A DNA stretch of 64,000 bases from the human T2T-CHM13v2.0 reference genome, Homo sapiens (GCF_009914755.1 NC_060931.1), one strand, 5' to 3'. Positions 29,086 through 46,535 are shown, counted from the stretch's first letter. Program-made: numbers and translations. Notes: generated by a model not told the origin, from the letters alone.

Positions 29086-32000
29086 GTAGGTATTAAAAAC
29101 AAACAAAAAGCAAAGCGTTAGATTCCAAGACTTTGAAACTGTTCCAGCATCCTCATGGGTGGAGGGGAATGTGGGAAGGGGTTCTGCTGGCTTGGCTCCC
29201 AGATTCCTCCCCCACGGAAACCACAGCAGCTCTGCCTGTATCTGTGTTACATACTGAGGACCCGTGTAGATTTTCTTTTGAAGAATGGAGCCTGCTGCCA
29301 AAAATAAATTTGAAAACTCTGGCTTAGAAAAACAATGGATTAGATGACCCCTATAGTCTTTTCTGTCTCTCGCATTCTGATTCCACCTATCAGTATGAAA
29401 CAGATAACTCTTATAAGCCCATGGGCAGTATTTTCTTCTTGCCATGAAATACAATCCTAGGGGTAGGAAACAAAAACTGTGCTGCTCACTGATAAGTGTG
29501 TCAGAGAATCCCTTCCTTTGTGTGAGAATGGCGTGATGTTCCTGCAGAGAAAAAGCCCCTTTCAGGGCATAGCTCTGCCCCCCTGGGGCATCACCTGCCA
29601 GCCTTGAGGGGCTGGATAGGTTTGCTTCTGTTGTCAACATTTGATTATAATGATATTAACAATATCAACAATAATGGCTAGCATGTTTTGAGTACTGTGT
29701 GCAAGGCCTTGGGACAGGGGGTTTTTATCTCATGCAGTCTTCATCACCACAATGAGGCAGGCATTTTGTAGGTTGAGGAAATTAAGGCTGATAGATTAAA
29801 TGAATTAGAACTGCAATTAAGAGTCTATAGTCCTAGAACTCTTGGCCACCATTCAGTGAATTATGGGCCAGGATCAGAACTGAACAGCTAGCATTTGGGT
29901 TTAATATATACTGATTTCAAAACTTGGGGGTTCTAATAGGCATTATAAGAAAAACTCTACGTTCACTCACTCACTCATTCATGCAACTGACATTACTGAG
30001 AGTTTACTCTGTGCCCAGGTGGAATTCTAGAAACTGGATAGAAGGGTGTGGAAAATAGAAGCTGGCACCCCAGGGTACACTGGGATTTGGGGCTGTAAGA
30101 GGACCTGAGGAGCCATCAGCTGCTTCCACTGCCTTCAAGGGACAGAAAGACTCGGTATAACCTAGGGGGCTGGATCCTAGAGAGCCATGAATTCCCAGAA
30201 CGCCCCTCCAGGGAAATCTTCCTGGGTTGAATCCAATACTGACTGTGCTTATCCCGGCTGGGCACCCTCCCAGGGTCCTGCCAATGAGCCCCGTGATAAG
30301 CCGTGACAGAGAGCAGCAAGGACATTGCACTACAGCAGTTTGTGCAATTTTATCAACATAAAGGACATAGTGTTGAGAAACCTTGTTCTTTGAAATCAGA
30401 TCCTGAAAAATGATGCTGTTTGAAATCGTCTCCGGAGGCATTGTTCAGAGATTTTCCAATGCAGATCTTACTTGCCCGTGTGATTTAATATTTTGTTCTG
30501 TATTTCCATTGGTCTCAATATCTTAACAATTCTGCTCCTTGGCTGGAACATTATTTTGGTAAAACCCCACTGCTTCATGAATGTATGTTGTGCCCCCAAC
30601 TTCACAGGGGCAAATGTCCCGAGATGGGGCCAGCACCATTGTTCTATAACTGCCACTGACTTTGCCCTCTGAAGGGTGACTTCATTCATCGTGATGAGTC
30701 CACCAGAGTCCTGAGGCTGGGCTGGAGTCTGCCCAGGAAGGTGTAGCGGTTTTGATTCCACAAGGGGAAGGAAGAATGGAGCTCTCCATTGGTGAATGAA
30801 GCAGCACCTGTCTTGATCCACGGACCTTCTCTCATCCATCCACTCCTTGGATGAATTGTTAGTGGAATGAAGCTGGTTCCACTGAGCTCCACAGCCTCAG
30901 CTTCTGCTCCTTAAGCCACACTTTTCAGCATACAAGCAACGGGCCTTACCTGAGCCCAAGCCGCTGACTACTGAAAATACGATTGGAGCTTCAAAATGCA
31001 GAACCAGCTGTTCTCCCTGTCATTCGTGGCATGCTTTAATTCTCTTCCTCCTCTTCCACTGCCGGCAAGGCTCCTAAAGGGCAGTCCTTAGAAAAAATCT
31101 GAGGGTTCTGCTGGAAAGTAGGGAGGGGAGGTTGCACAGCTTGCCTTTTATCTTGTTTATGCTCCTGGGCTGAGTCTCAAATTGTCATGCTACAATGGTC
31201 TATCCTAAGCGGAGATCTAAAAGGCAGGTAACCGATTTAAAAACTGTTACCAGTGACTACCTTAAAGTTTTTCCAAAGAGTGTTGAAGCCAACTGGAGAA
31301 ACAGAGTGGGGATCAGGTCAGATGATTTGACGTAACTTTTGTAACAAAACTAAAATCTACTCTTAATCATCAGAGGGCAACATAAGGTCTGCAGTTTAAC
31401 AGGTGTGACCTGCCTACTCTGGCAGGGGAAACTGGACCACTGTGATCAGCAGATGCCACGAGGGACCCAGGCCCAAGGCTGCCAGGTAGTAAGGGCAGCC
31501 TGTGCAGTGGGGCTCTGGGTTCTCCACCGGGCTCAACCCCAGCCGCAGAGGGGCTAGGTGTGCCCCTCCAGCGCTGGGTGAGGGCCAGGAACCACCACTG
31601 CCCAATTAACTATACCTTTAGAGGTGCATCTTAAACACAGATCACCTGCAAAGCAGTTAATGTGACTTGATCATGGGGGTCCTAATTATCCAATAAACAA
31701 GGGCAGCCACAAAACAACCTAACTTGATGAACTTTCAAGTCGGCACTTGTCTATTCCATTCCTTTCTTGGCCTTTGTTAACTTAACTCTGGATAAAGAAA
31801 CGGTAACAAAAAGAAGCAACAGCATTCCGCCTCAAAATCTTTATTTTGTAGCCCTATTTCATCTTCATCCAATTGGAAGCCATTTATTTATGCTTTTCTT
31901 TCCTCTTGTCTAGACAACAGGCTTCAGAAAAGCAATTTCTCTCAGGTTGTGCTGCTTAGTAAACACCGACCTCGGCCTTCATACGTAGAAGGAGCAACCA

Positions 32001-32407
32001 AGGAATCTGTGGAATCGAACATGGGTTTACCCTAAAGCTGTGGCTCAGCCTTGGCTGCACCCTGGAATCACCTGGAGAGCCTGTACACTCCTGCTGTCCT
32101 GATCACAGCCCAATCAGATCAGCCTCCAGGGCGAGGTCCAGACATCACCAGCCTTAAAGCCCCCAAAGGTGACCTGGTGTGCAGCCAGGATGAGACCCAC
32201 AACCCTAAAGCTAAATGGGTAAAGTACTGGGGTGAGGGGCCCCCAACTTGCAGTTGAGGACTTGTAGAAAAGTCAAGTCCTCACTCCTTTTGCATCACTG
32301 ACTGGCCTGCCTTATGGGTATGTGGAGAGTGATGGTTGAAGTGAGACAGAAGGTTGCTATTGTTTTAAAAAACCAAAGCTCACAAAACCAAGCTCACAAA
32401 AGCACTT

Positions 32408-32413
32408 TTTATT
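32408..32413 (-). terminator. AKR1B1: AKR1B1 polyadenylation signal AATAAA
   Basis: AATAAA about 355 nt after the stop codon, followed by a GT-rich downstream element. Confidence 0.9.
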
Positions 32414-32765
32414 TGAGGCAAAGAGAAGTCTTGCTGAAAGGATTCCAGTTCCAAGCAGTCAAAACTCAACCGTTAGTGGCACTATTTTGACCTGGTAGAT
32501 TTTGCTTCTCTTTGGTCAGAAAAGGGTATTCAGGTTGTACTTTCCCCAGCAGGGTAGAAAGAAGGGCAAAGCAAACTGGAAGAGACTTCTACTCTACTGA
32601 CAGGGCTCTTGAGATCCAACATCAAGCTAGACACGCCCTCGCTGGCCACTCTACAGGTTGCTGTCCCACTGCTGAGTGACACAGGCCATACTACATTTGC
32701 AAGGAAAAAAATGAGGCAAGAAACACAGGTATAGGTCACTTGGGGACGAGCAGGCAACCACAGCT

Positions 32766-32808
32766 TCAAAACTCTTCATGGAAGGGGTAATCCTTGTGGG
32801 AGGTACAG
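32766..32808 (-). CDS. AKR1B1: AKR1B1 exon 10 coding part (SCTSHKDYPFHEEF*)
   Basis: Acceptor cctgacag; 43 nt ending in TGA. Confidence 0.98.
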
Positions 32809-33176
32809 CTGTCAGGAGAAAGGAGAAAACAGTTGCTTTTTGAAGAGGTGATTTTGACTATACCCAACTCCCAACAGAGAAATGATGTGTCTCACTGAAG
32901 AAATAAAATAGAACCTCAGAGGCAACAAGCTAGTTCTGAGTGTGCAGATGATGGTTCTGCAGCTGGGGGAAGCAACTCACCCTCCAGACCCCTCTACCAC
33001 TACTGTCATCAAGCAGCACATGTGTGAGGGACACCACCCTCCCCATGTGCCCAGCACTGTGCCTGGGCCGTGCAGGACGGCAACACGATTTCTGCCTTCC
33101 AGTAACTCAGTCTAGCTGGCAGGACCAGACAGTATTTTGTGGTCTTAAACATCTTGTGTAATAATATGAGAAGGCA

Positions 33177-33467
<291 letters not shown>

Positions 33468-33602
33468 TTAAAAGTCTGTATGTGACTGAATCTCAAAGGA
33501 TAAGAGAAGCAACGGCAAGTGCTCTGAGGACAGAGGGAGCCTCCTTGTATCAGTGGGGGCTGAAGTGAGCCCAATCAACGGTCGGCGATTTTATATTGGA
33601 AA

Positions 33603-33648
33603 CAGGGCAGGGAGCACAGGGCAGGGAGCACATGGCAGGGAGCACAGG
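33603..33648. repeat. 14-bp tandem repeat, 3.3 copies (CAGGGCAGGGAGCA)
   Basis: Directly visible. Confidence 0.88.
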
Positions 33649-35275
33649 TGCAGACGTGTTTGTCAAGGCTCACTCACTGTCCATCTAGTAGGGCCAATGG
33701 CTGTGCTAGGAACATAAAGGCAGGAACACTGGACAGATAGCTGGGCAGCTCACGCAAGGCCAGAGTTATGTAATCTGAGCTGGGTGCTTACAGTCTGTAA
33801 CTCTTATTCAAAAGTTCTCCATGGTCTGCCTTTTTTGTATACCCACAGTGACACTGACATCAGCAGGTCAGGCTCAGTAAAGCATTATCTGCCAGAGGGG
33901 TGGTGTGTGTGTAGTTAGCGAAAACTCCCTAGGAGACCTGAGCATGTCAGGGCTAGCCTCTTCCTCCCACTCACCGCCACGCAACAGGATAATCGAACAG
34001 AAGTTTCTAGCACAATACTGGAGGGCAGAGGAGCCTAACTGTAAAGGGAGCAATGAGAAAACCACTGTGTTTCCTCAGCCCTGAAAGCTTCAATCCACTC
34101 TGTCTCAAGTGGGAGGGGAAAAGGAAGACGGATGAATGGGAGAGATTCTGAAAGGAGAACGAATGTAGCTTGGTGACTGATTCACTCCTCTCCTCCTTGT
34201 CCACTAGATCCAAAAATGATTTTAATGTCTAGGGCTAAGTAGCATTAACAGAGATGTCTGAAAGGGCACTGGCCTGGGGCTGCCTGTGACATGCTCTGTT
34301 TGCGGCCTATTTTGAGTGTGAGGCCACAGTGTGGCAGCAGCAGGCTTGCCAGGCACGCATATGCCTGAAGCAGGGCCAGAGTTATTGTCCAGGACGCAGA
34401 CTGGGCAAACATCTGCCTGGGGCGGTGGCTGAAGCCACCAGCAGTGCAAACTCCGGGGAGGGAGATGGGACAGACGCTGGAAAGGGAAAGCTGGTAGCCC
34501 ACCCCATCTTAGGGAATGTTCACATTTTGCTTAGAAGAGGAAGTACTAAAGGAGAGAGTGTGGAAACACAGAGCTCAGACAAGAATAAGGGTAGTGAGAG
34601 AGAAACAGGGTCTCAGTCTCCACTGCAAAATGAGAAGTTCCTTCTTGAAAGCAGAAAGTGAGTTACATGCGTCACCTAGTTATTGTAATGGTAGGAAAAG
34701 AGAAAACCCCACAGAAAACCTTCCTAGGCAGCTCCTTCCAAACTACCATGCAGAGGAAACAGAACCAGAGGATGTGTGGCTGGAGGAACTGAGGTGCCTG
34801 CTGCTCAGAGGGAGGGCCTGTTTTGGAGCCATGTGGCTTACCAGGTCAGAGCCGGGACTGTCTCAAACCTCAGCCCCAGGGGCTCCCGACCAAACCCCTT
34901 TCATTAGGGTCATTAAGACAAAAAGTCACAGGCAAATTCTTCCAGAGTTTGATCCAGGGTCACCTGGGATCACCTAGTTTCAGATGAACTGCTAGGATTT
35001 AAAAATTGAATGGAAAGCCAAAATATGTAGTTACTTCAGGCCAGGCCAACAATGCCCCAGGGCTGGAAGAAGATATCAAGAGCGGATCTCTTGGCATCTT
35101 GGCTCCATGCAGTTCAGCTGATGCAAGTCACGTGGCTGAGAAAGCAAGGTAATGTGCAAAGCAAGAACAGCTGTGACGAGAGCACATTGGCGCTGAGGCC
35201 TGCAGGGATCACTCTCTTGCTGTGCAGCATCTGAATATCTCCTGGGAACTGCTCCTCACACTGGGGCTCACTCAC

Positions 35276-35358
35276 CTCAACAAGGCACAGACCCTCCAGT
35301 TCCTGTTGTAGCTGAGTAAGGTGGTCATATCCTGGCTGCTCAGTTCAAAGTCAAAGAC
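35276..35358 (-). CDS. AKR1B1: AKR1B1 exon 9 (VFDFELSSQDMTTLLSYNRNWRVCALL)
   Basis: Acceptor ttttttag, donor GAG|gtgagt; 83 nt. Confidence 0.98.
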
Positions 35359-37223
35359 CTAAAAAACAAACAAAAAAATCCAGTAAGCTCTGCAAATAAA
35401 AATAAAAGACAAAATACTGTGCAGGACCCAGATGTCTTCCATGGCTTTGAGCAGAGAGGAGCGATAAGATAAACTGAACTTAGGAAAAGCTGATATATTA
35501 GTATTCAGGAAATGTGCATGTTGGGCTAGATAATATATGGAACGATGGAAACAGTCCTTCCTTTCCAGAACCTCCCAGGGAAATGATACATTTTATTTCA
35601 TTTCAAAAAACACTACTGAGCACTTCTATTGTGATAAGTTGCAGTGAGGAATATAATTATGGGTAAGATGTGTCTTTGCCTCTATTTTATGAAGCAAACA
35701 AAGGGCAGAGGTATTTCTACAACTGTAATACAAATAACTAATCACACACTGTATAAGACACTCAACAGCACAGGAAGGGCAGAGGTATTCCAAAGGGATT
35801 CCAGCCGGGAAACTGAACAACCACAGCCGAAGAGGAGATGGTATTTGACATGGCCTAAGAAGTATAAGATTTTGACAGAGAGGGCAAGAAAGGTATACTG
35901 GGAGAAGAGAACCACCTGCATGAAGGCAGCAGACGGTACAGAACTCAGCTGGCATGGAGGCTGGGAGGGAGGGAGGCAGGCAGGCACCACTGGGTGAGAC
36001 CCACAAGAGGCTGACACACACTCCCAGAGCCGAAGGGCTCTTAGCTTCAGATGATCACAGAATGTGCAGAAAGAGAGTCTGCTACAGGCTCTGTGGTTAT
36101 GATCACAGAAAAAGGTGCAAAAGCTATACAGTAAGATGCAAAAATAAAATAATTAGGTTAGCATTTTGAGATTAGTCATTTATTTTTTCTTTCCTAATTC
36201 CTTAAAAAATGAAATACGAAACAAACGATGCATCTCTGGTGGGATATGCCTTTCCCTCAGTGGCCACTGTTTTGCCATTTTATCTTGTGTACTTAGAACA
36301 TCTACCTGCACGTAAGAAGAAAAACGTCTCCTCTCCTAAACAATGAGCTCCACTTCCCTCTTCAGGGATCACTCTCATCCCTGTCTCATATGTGACAGGT
36401 GGCAGGCACTATGGCCACAGTCTTTGGGCAGTGGAATTGGGCAAAATCAGCTGCTCACCTAAGCTGGGGCCTGCCCAAGAGCCCCAGGCCCATGGCTGTG
36501 CTGCGCTCGGCACAGATCTTGGATAAAGACAGAGCATCCCTGGCAGAGCCACTTTGCTCAGTGAGAACAGAGGCTCTTGGGCCATCAGGACTCCCCTGAG
36601 CTGCTCTCCTTTGGGCGTGCCCCCCCCTCCCCCACACCCCCGCCACCAATGCTGCAAGGGCAGGCAGGGAGGGAGGTGGCGCCAAGTAGCCTGAGCTGCT
36701 CCAGCTGCCACACTGAGCGCTTCGCCAGAGTCCTGACACAGGTCTAGGCTCTGCCCATCATCACACGAACTCCTTGCAGAGCTGGTGAGTGGACTAAATG
36801 GCCCAGAGGGTCCTTTGCAGTCCCTGGACTTATCAGCACAGCAACATTTCTCGATCACTTACTAAGGTATTAAGCACCATGTGAAGTGCTCTGATGCATC
36901 ACTTAATCTTCGTAACAACCCTCAAAATGGATATTATTTTATAGATAGGGAAGCTGAGGCATCGAGCAGTTAAGCGACTTGCCCAGGGTTATGCAGCTGG
37001 TAGCTGACAGAGCTCCAGTGCAGGGCAGGTCCAGGCAGTGAAGCTCAAGAGCGAGATTCTCCCCGGGTAACCTCTCGGTGTGGCTGAAGGGCCTGAGCAA
37101 AGGTGTAGGTGTATGCGTGCACAGCACGGGGCCCTGGAGGCCCAAGGCCTGCCCCTGCACACGGCTCCACTGGTGAGGTGTCAGTCTCAGTCTTGGCTTG
37201 CTCGCCACAGCTCCCTGGCCTCA

Positions 37224-37484
<261 letters not shown>

Positions 37485-37968
37485 TCACACACACAACCTG
37501 CAGAAGGACGTGCTAGAACTCCACAGGTGATCAGAGAGGGGCTCCAAGATGTCAGGTCACAGCTAGCAACAGGTAGGCGACGCATTCAGGTCCAGATCTG
37601 ACTCCAGAGTCCTGCGCTAGCCACTGTGCCACACGCTTCAGTGTCTCAGGCATATCATGAGACCACATGAGGCCCTCCACTGGCTAGAAATGCACACTAC
37701 CACTCAGGAGAAAGAACATTCCCTGCACGGCTAAGAGCTCTTACATTTGTACAGATGAGCTTCCACATGAATGAACAAGCGCTGGCCCTCGTGGCAGTCA
37801 CCCTTGCAGTAGTGGGGGCAGGCACTATTAATCTAAGAGCCCATGCCAGAGTCTTCTAAAACCCCGATCTGTGCCCTTTCCACTCTGTACTTGAGGACCC
37901 CTAACCATACTTCCTGTGAGGGTGTAACAGGCTCAGTCACTTCCTCCTCTTGGCTAACAGGACTGTCA

Positions 37969-38130
<162 letters not shown>

Positions 38131-38422
38131 TCATGGCCACCACTCACAGCAGCCAGAAACCCCAACCCTAATCCTCCCATCGACCTCAGAGGGCAGCCAC
38201 CAGTCTCCTCCTCAGAGCTGGGTTAAGAACCCCCAACCCTTTGGAAAAAGAGTAGGTGTCTTGCTACTAGAAACTCCAACCCTTCCAGGAAAACCAGCAA
38301 GAGGCTCAGGGGAAGTTTTGCAGATCACCCCCAGAAACATCTTCCTTGAGGCTGAATTGTTCTTTTTAGTCTTTTCTAATCTTCACCAAGTGACACAGGA
38401 GCATGAGCCTGTGGGAAGCTCA

Positions 38423-38569
<147 letters not shown>

Positions 38570-38844
38570 CTACACGCTGATGGGACACAGATGAAGCTTC
38601 CTATGCTAAAGTCCCTCCCTACCCCATACAGAAAACTATGTATAACAAACACCCTATTTCCCAGATAAGCTGTAACTTCCTACAGTTCCCAGGTAGTATC
38701 CTTGGTGTTATTATTATCTTATTATAGATGTTCTCATGGGCCCTAGAGGCTTTTCTTGGCTTTAGCCACTTATCAACTATCACAGTTCTGAGGATCTCAT
38801 GGCTGCCTCTTTGTCAGACCCCAAATCGTCACAAGCCAGGCTCA

Positions 38845-39156
<312 letters not shown>

Positions 39157-39341
39157 CTACAGAGAAAAGTGTCTGTGTGGTGCAGAAACGAACCCAGAAA
39201 GGACAGGATCAGAAGTGTCGTTTGCACCAGTTTAACGGGTCCTGCCCTCACTCTTCAGTGCCAGTGAATTAGACCTTTCAGAAGCTAAGAGACAGTGAGA
39301 CGAAAGCCAGGCTGGCTTTAATGAGATAAGAAGAGCAAACA

Positions 39342-39752
<411 letters not shown>

Positions 39753-39756
39753 TTAC

Positions 39757-39834
39757 CGCCCACGTGTCCAGAATGTTGGTGTCACTGGGAACCACATTGC
39801 CCGACTCATCCAATGGGAAAAATTCCTTCCCAGG
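39757..39834 (-). CDS. AKR1B1: AKR1B1 exon 4 ([11 protein letters not shown]...LDTWA)
   Basis: Acceptor tgacag, donor GCG|gtaaga; 78 nt. Confidence 0.98.
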
Positions 39835-40705
39835 CTGTCATTACAATAAAAAACAAACAAACAAAACAATCAGTAATAGTCCTTCACAGACCTGCTGGGG
39901 GAAGCTGGCATCTAAAACAATTCTAAACCACCACAGCTGGCTAGGGATAATCTGTGTGCCACTATGAAAAGGAAATAGGCAGATAGCCAACACTTCTTTA
40001 TCAAACGGGCTGGAGCTGAGACTGTCAGACGGAGACATGGACACTACTTGGTCACAGAGACTAGCCCCGCCACTGACTGCAATGTGTGGATACAGGAAGG
40101 ACTCAAGACCAGGACTCACAGGGCCCAAGGCCTGGCGGGTCACTGGCCTATAAAACTACCACCTGGCCCAGCCTCCCCAGCTTACCCCTAAAATCAAAAG
40201 ATAAAAGTCAAGTCCCTTCAGCCCTGATATGCTGTGGTGCAATAAAACAGGGCTACGGGATAAAGCTAAACCCACACTTTGAACCTGGCTCACAGCAGAA
40301 AACTGAGGCAGTGGCTAGAAAAAAGGCAAAAGACAAAGTAACTCTCAAGTTCTTCTTGTGCCAACAACTAGACTGCAAATAGTTACCGGGCCTCCACAGG
40401 ACAGGGTATGCATGTAGAACGTGGGTAGGGACTCATGTGTATGGGGGTTGGTGTGTGCACGTGCCTGGAGGGGAGGGCCAGGGCTGACCGTGCCTCATGG
40501 CTGTGTGCACTACAGACAGCAGCTGTGTTTGCTGACAGTTTTAAATTGCACATCTACCAACTGGCAAAGAGCAGTGCTCCTCAAACTTTGAAGAAGTGTG
40601 CGTATGAGTCACTGCTGGTGCGGATTCAAATGGCCTGCGTGGGGCCCGAGACTGTGATTTCTAAGACGCTCCCAGGTGATGCCAGTGCTGATGGTCCACT
40701 GGCTA

Positions 40706-40939
<234 letters not shown>

Positions 40940-41277
40940 CTAAGCCAGCGAGAGGGCACATGTCATCATTGCCAGCCACAAGGCAGCTTCCTGGCTGGAA
41001 AGACAGAGCAGTCTCCTCTCCCCAAAACCCATTTGTTTTACCATGATGCTGTGAATGGTTGTGAGGGCATTTCCACTGCGTACTGGATCCTAACTTTCCA
41101 AAGGCAGGCAGGATGACCAGGTCACAGAGACCTCTTACAAGGACCAGAGGACACAAAATGGAATGGACAGATTGGCTAGCCTGCCCTAGGCCTAAGCAAG
41201 AACTCTCGAAACTTTCCCCCCGGGCTGGTGTTTGTGGAGCCAGCCCCATCCTCCTGCCTCATGTCCTTTGTGCATCA

Positions 41278-41922
<645 letters not shown>

Positions 41923-44900
41923 TCAGCAGCATTCTGGACTATCAGCCTCAGACGCGGGGGATGGAAGTGAAAGGCCACACAGCATTGCCCTGTAGGAGAA
42001 TCTGACAGCCACTTAAGTGTAGGTGAGATCACTTTTAAAAGATATGCTGAAGCCATCTCATTTTCTTGCTTCTTCACATCCACTGATTTGCAAACCACTG
42101 TATTAAAAACATTTCCCCACACTCTGAATGCTGAGATAGTAAGGGAAACCATTTCCTTCAAATATCTCAAAATATTTCAAAAATAGATGTCCTATGGACC
42201 CCAATTCCCATGTGGCTCCCCAGTTCAGCCAGTGAATGCCTGCCCCTTACGCTCTCTTTTCATGCATGGCTTCTGATACCGGCAGTCGCTTGTTTTCAAG
42301 CGGTTCTGGGAGATTATCATGAAGTTAAGCACATCACTGATGTTTATTCAAAGGCCCATGTGTCAATTCTCACTGTATGAGGATCTGCTTCAAGGGGTGG
42401 AGACACGGGAGATGGCCCCTCAGAGGTATCAGCAGAGAGAAATAAGTTAAAGGGAAACGAGGGGGAATGTGGATCATGGAAGATCACCAAATGGTTAGTG
42501 GCTGACCTGGCAAAATGACTGAATGGGTGTCCATGGCCAAGCCACCTGACCATCTGAGTAACCAGAACAGCTGTGGGGAGCCTGGCTACTGAAGAGGAGG
42601 AGGAAGTGCCTACATGGCATCGCGCTTCACTGGCACCCAGGTAGGCTGCATGGACACGTATCCCCCAACTTTCACTATCCTGCTATGATCACAGAGCTGA
42701 GCAATAAACATGTGCAGCGGGCTGTTGAATGAACAGAGCACATTCCTTTGGAGAGCTGGGGTAGAAACAAATGAAAAGAAAAACCCCCCAGGGCCATAGC
42801 AGCTGCAGACATCTGTGTTTTGACATCAGCTATTTTCAACAGGCTTTGGGGAAGAAAGGGGCCCAGTTGAACAAGCCCGTTACCAGAGCCTGTTAGCATG
42901 GAGCTCACTCTCCACCTCAGAGGGAGCAGCGAGGCAGGGTGGGGATGCTCATCGAAGGTGTGGGTTAAGAGGGGACGACCCTCAGAGGATCTGGCGACCT
43001 CTTATTTGACTGGAGGACCTCAGAAGCTGCTCTTGCAGCCTTCCCCACTCTGCACGGTTGAAGGAACAGAGAATCTCAATTTCCAGAAAGAATGCCTTAC
43101 CACAGGCCCTGAGTGGTGTCCGGGCACAACCACCACTGATGACAGCAGGGAGAGCAGAGGACATCCCTACCCCAGAAAGAACAACTGGGGCCCAGGCAGG
43201 AAACTGCCCAGGACACACTGAACTTTCTCCAGGCTTGATGGCGCCTTGATTGATTTTTCTCTGAGGAGCTGCTGAGGGCACACTCCGCAGGCTCAGCCTA
43301 GCCACGCACTGCCTGCCATGCAACTGGTGCGGGGACAGGAACATGACTCAATCCAGGCCATAAGACTCAATCTTTGCACTTGAATTGGAACCCCTGAGTC
43401 CAGCCCCGGTTCTGCTGGGGTCACTGAGCTGGGAGAATGTCAGCCTGGAGCTGCTGCAGGAAAGTGGAGGGAGGCCAAATCCTGGTGACAACATTTACAA
43501 CCCTGAATCTCAAACACCTAATGTCAGCGGCTGTTGTTTGGGGAAGTCAATCAATCCCCACCCCAAACACACTTTTTTTTTTCCTGCTTAAGATTAAAGT
43601 GGTTTTTCAGTTCTTTGGAACCAAAAGAGCACAGACTAGGATAATCAAGCTTGCGTTGGCACGAAATGAAAAAAAAGTTGTGAGAGGTTTTTCTAGAAAA
43701 GTAAAAGACAGCAATGACTGCAAGAGGTCACGAAGAAGCTGCTGATCATTCCTTGGATATGTGCCATTCGCTGGAGACATGTGTGCTGGGAGGCTGATCA
43801 AAGGTGCTGGAGGGAAAAAGTCACCTCTGCAATGAAAATGTACGAGGATCCACAACCACATTCTATGTTAATGATCTCAATGTACAGCCCTTCCCTGAGA
43901 GAAACTAATTTGCCTTATGAAAAATGAAGCAGCCAACTTAAGCTATGGTGAGAAACCATTCACTAAACTTGGGAATGCCAACACAGGATGACAACATCTC
44001 CCCATTCCATGTCAACAAAGAGAAAATGCAAACAGAAGGAGGGGTCCAGATTGACTTCTAAAAAGAAGGTAAACTATGAAAACATGCTGGGTGGCATCCA
44101 GGCACAGCCATTACTGATGAGAGCTGTAGAAATGCAGTATATGAAACACTCCAATTACAGCTCAATCATACAAATCCTACATGTTTCTAACCCGATCCTG
44201 CCACTAATCTGTGTGCCCTTGATGGGCAAAACCATGCATGCCCATTCCTCCCAGAACTTCTGGCTCTGCAAAGCTCTACGTTGGGCAGTGACTTGAAATG
44301 CTCTGGGCTGATGGCACCAAGTGATGGCAGTGAGAAGCCTCTGCCCTTGAGTCCTCCACCACCTCCTTCAAGACAGCGGTCCTAGTTCCTCCTTTGATAA
44401 CACCGGCTGGCTAATACCAACTCTGAGACACTGATAACTAAAATCAGTGTCTCCCTCCTACACAGATACAACACTCCTTTTAAAACCTAGTCTTCTTCCC
44501 TTTTGCTTACAGGTCTTGCTAGTTACTTCAAGATACCCCTCCCTCTCTTCCCTCTGCAAGTCAAAAAGCAAGCCACAGTGCTAAACAGGAAGACGGTCAC
44601 AGGACAGTGTTTATGGTAAAACCAAAGTATCTCAGAGATTGGATATTTTGCAATATTAACCACGGGGATCTCTGGGAACAGGGAACTCTTCATTTTTGAA
44701 ATGTTCTCTAGTTAGCAGGTGTTACTACTGAAATCAAAGGATAAGGGGAGGGGGCAAAGGAAACTTCACTTTGGGTAAAGAAACGGTCCTGAGTAGGAAG
44801 CATGAGAATGCTGTGCTGATAATCCTGGAGCAAGGAACAGGAAACGATCACTCAGAATCAGGTTTGGCAGCAGAAATTAACTTCCTCCTGTTCTGTTTTA

Positions 44901-45608
44901 ATCAATTTGTCCCAAATTCTAAGACACTGCTGTTTCCAACTAGTTGAGATGTGCATGGACCAGGACTGACCCTGTAGGGGCAGGGCTTATTTAAATGTCT
45001 TTGGTCTTGAAGAGGAAGAGATGGGGGCTTTAGAGACACCAGGGAAGTGAACAGTAAATCTGGCTCCTGTGTTACCTCCATGCCCACAGCGCCTCAACCC
45101 TCACCCCATCCAAGGATCTTGGGCCATCACAAGCTTACCCCACTTGGGGAAGGTGGAGCAAGTCTTTCCTGGCACATTTTCTTTTACCTCATGCATTCTT
45201 AAAGTGGGTGCTATTGTCCCCAAAGAGACAAAAATTAGTTCTCTGGGGCAAAAAAACCCCCCTCAGCTTATAGAACAGCTTGTGACCCTCTAGAAGGCTA
45301 CTGGCCATAAGCAGAAGTACAATATTATCTCTGATATTACAATTTTATTTTGGGGCAAATTAGGGGAAAAAAAAGTCTCACAAGGCTCCTAGGTGGGAGG
45401 GAGGTAGTGATCATGGCAAAAGATGGAGAAACATAGTTGTACCTTCAGCCCTAGGAGTATTCTGTGAGCATACATAGGAGACTTACAATGACTTTTACCT
45501 CCAACAATTTTTCAACTAGATTAAAAACACTATCAGTAACAAGACACTGGTGGGCACCAGACATCATCTCTGTTTTAAAAGCTTCCTGGCTTTACAATGC
45601 TGTGATGG

Positions 45609-45900
45609 GTTTTTGTTGTTGTTGTTGTTTCTGAGACCGAGTTTTTTTTTGCTCTTGTCGCCTAGGCTGGAGTGCAGTGGCACAATCTCAGATCATGGCA
45701 ACCTCTACCTTCTGGATTCAAGTGATTCTCCTGCCTCAGCCTCCCAAGCAGCTGGGATTACAGGCACCCACCACCATGCCGGGCTAATTTTTGTATTTTT
45801 AGTAGAGAGGGGGTTTCACCATGTTGGCCAGCTGGTCTCGAACTCCTGACCTCAGGTGATCCACCCGCCTTGGCCTTCCAAAGTGCTGGGATTACAGGTG
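45609..45900 (-). mobile_element. AluS in intron 1
   Basis: Reverse Alu consensus. Confidence 0.92.
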
Positions 45901-46075
45901 TAATTGTTTACTATCCAATGTAGAAGGCAAGACTGCCAGAAAGAAACCCTGTCCAAGCCACATGGGTCTGGGGCAGAGATGGTCTCCCCATCTGCCTGAA
46001 ACCCTCACCTGAGAAGAGAATGGAGTTTGAGGACCTTCAAGAGTAGAGACTACCAGAGCCCTGCTGAGGGTCTGA

Positions 46076-46535
<460 letters not shown>

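Noticed and set aside
29008-29640. Longest non-exonic ORF (210 aa, minus)
   Set aside because: Non-ATG start, no recognisable domain, and it runs into repeat-derived sequence; within chance expectation for 64 kb
30465-31020. Strong minus-strand donors (gtaaga about 30466-30471, gtaagg about 30944-30949) just downstream of the AKR1B1 poly(A) site
   Set aside because: No convincing paired acceptors or frame consistency; could be read-through lncRNA exons but cannot be supported from sequence alone
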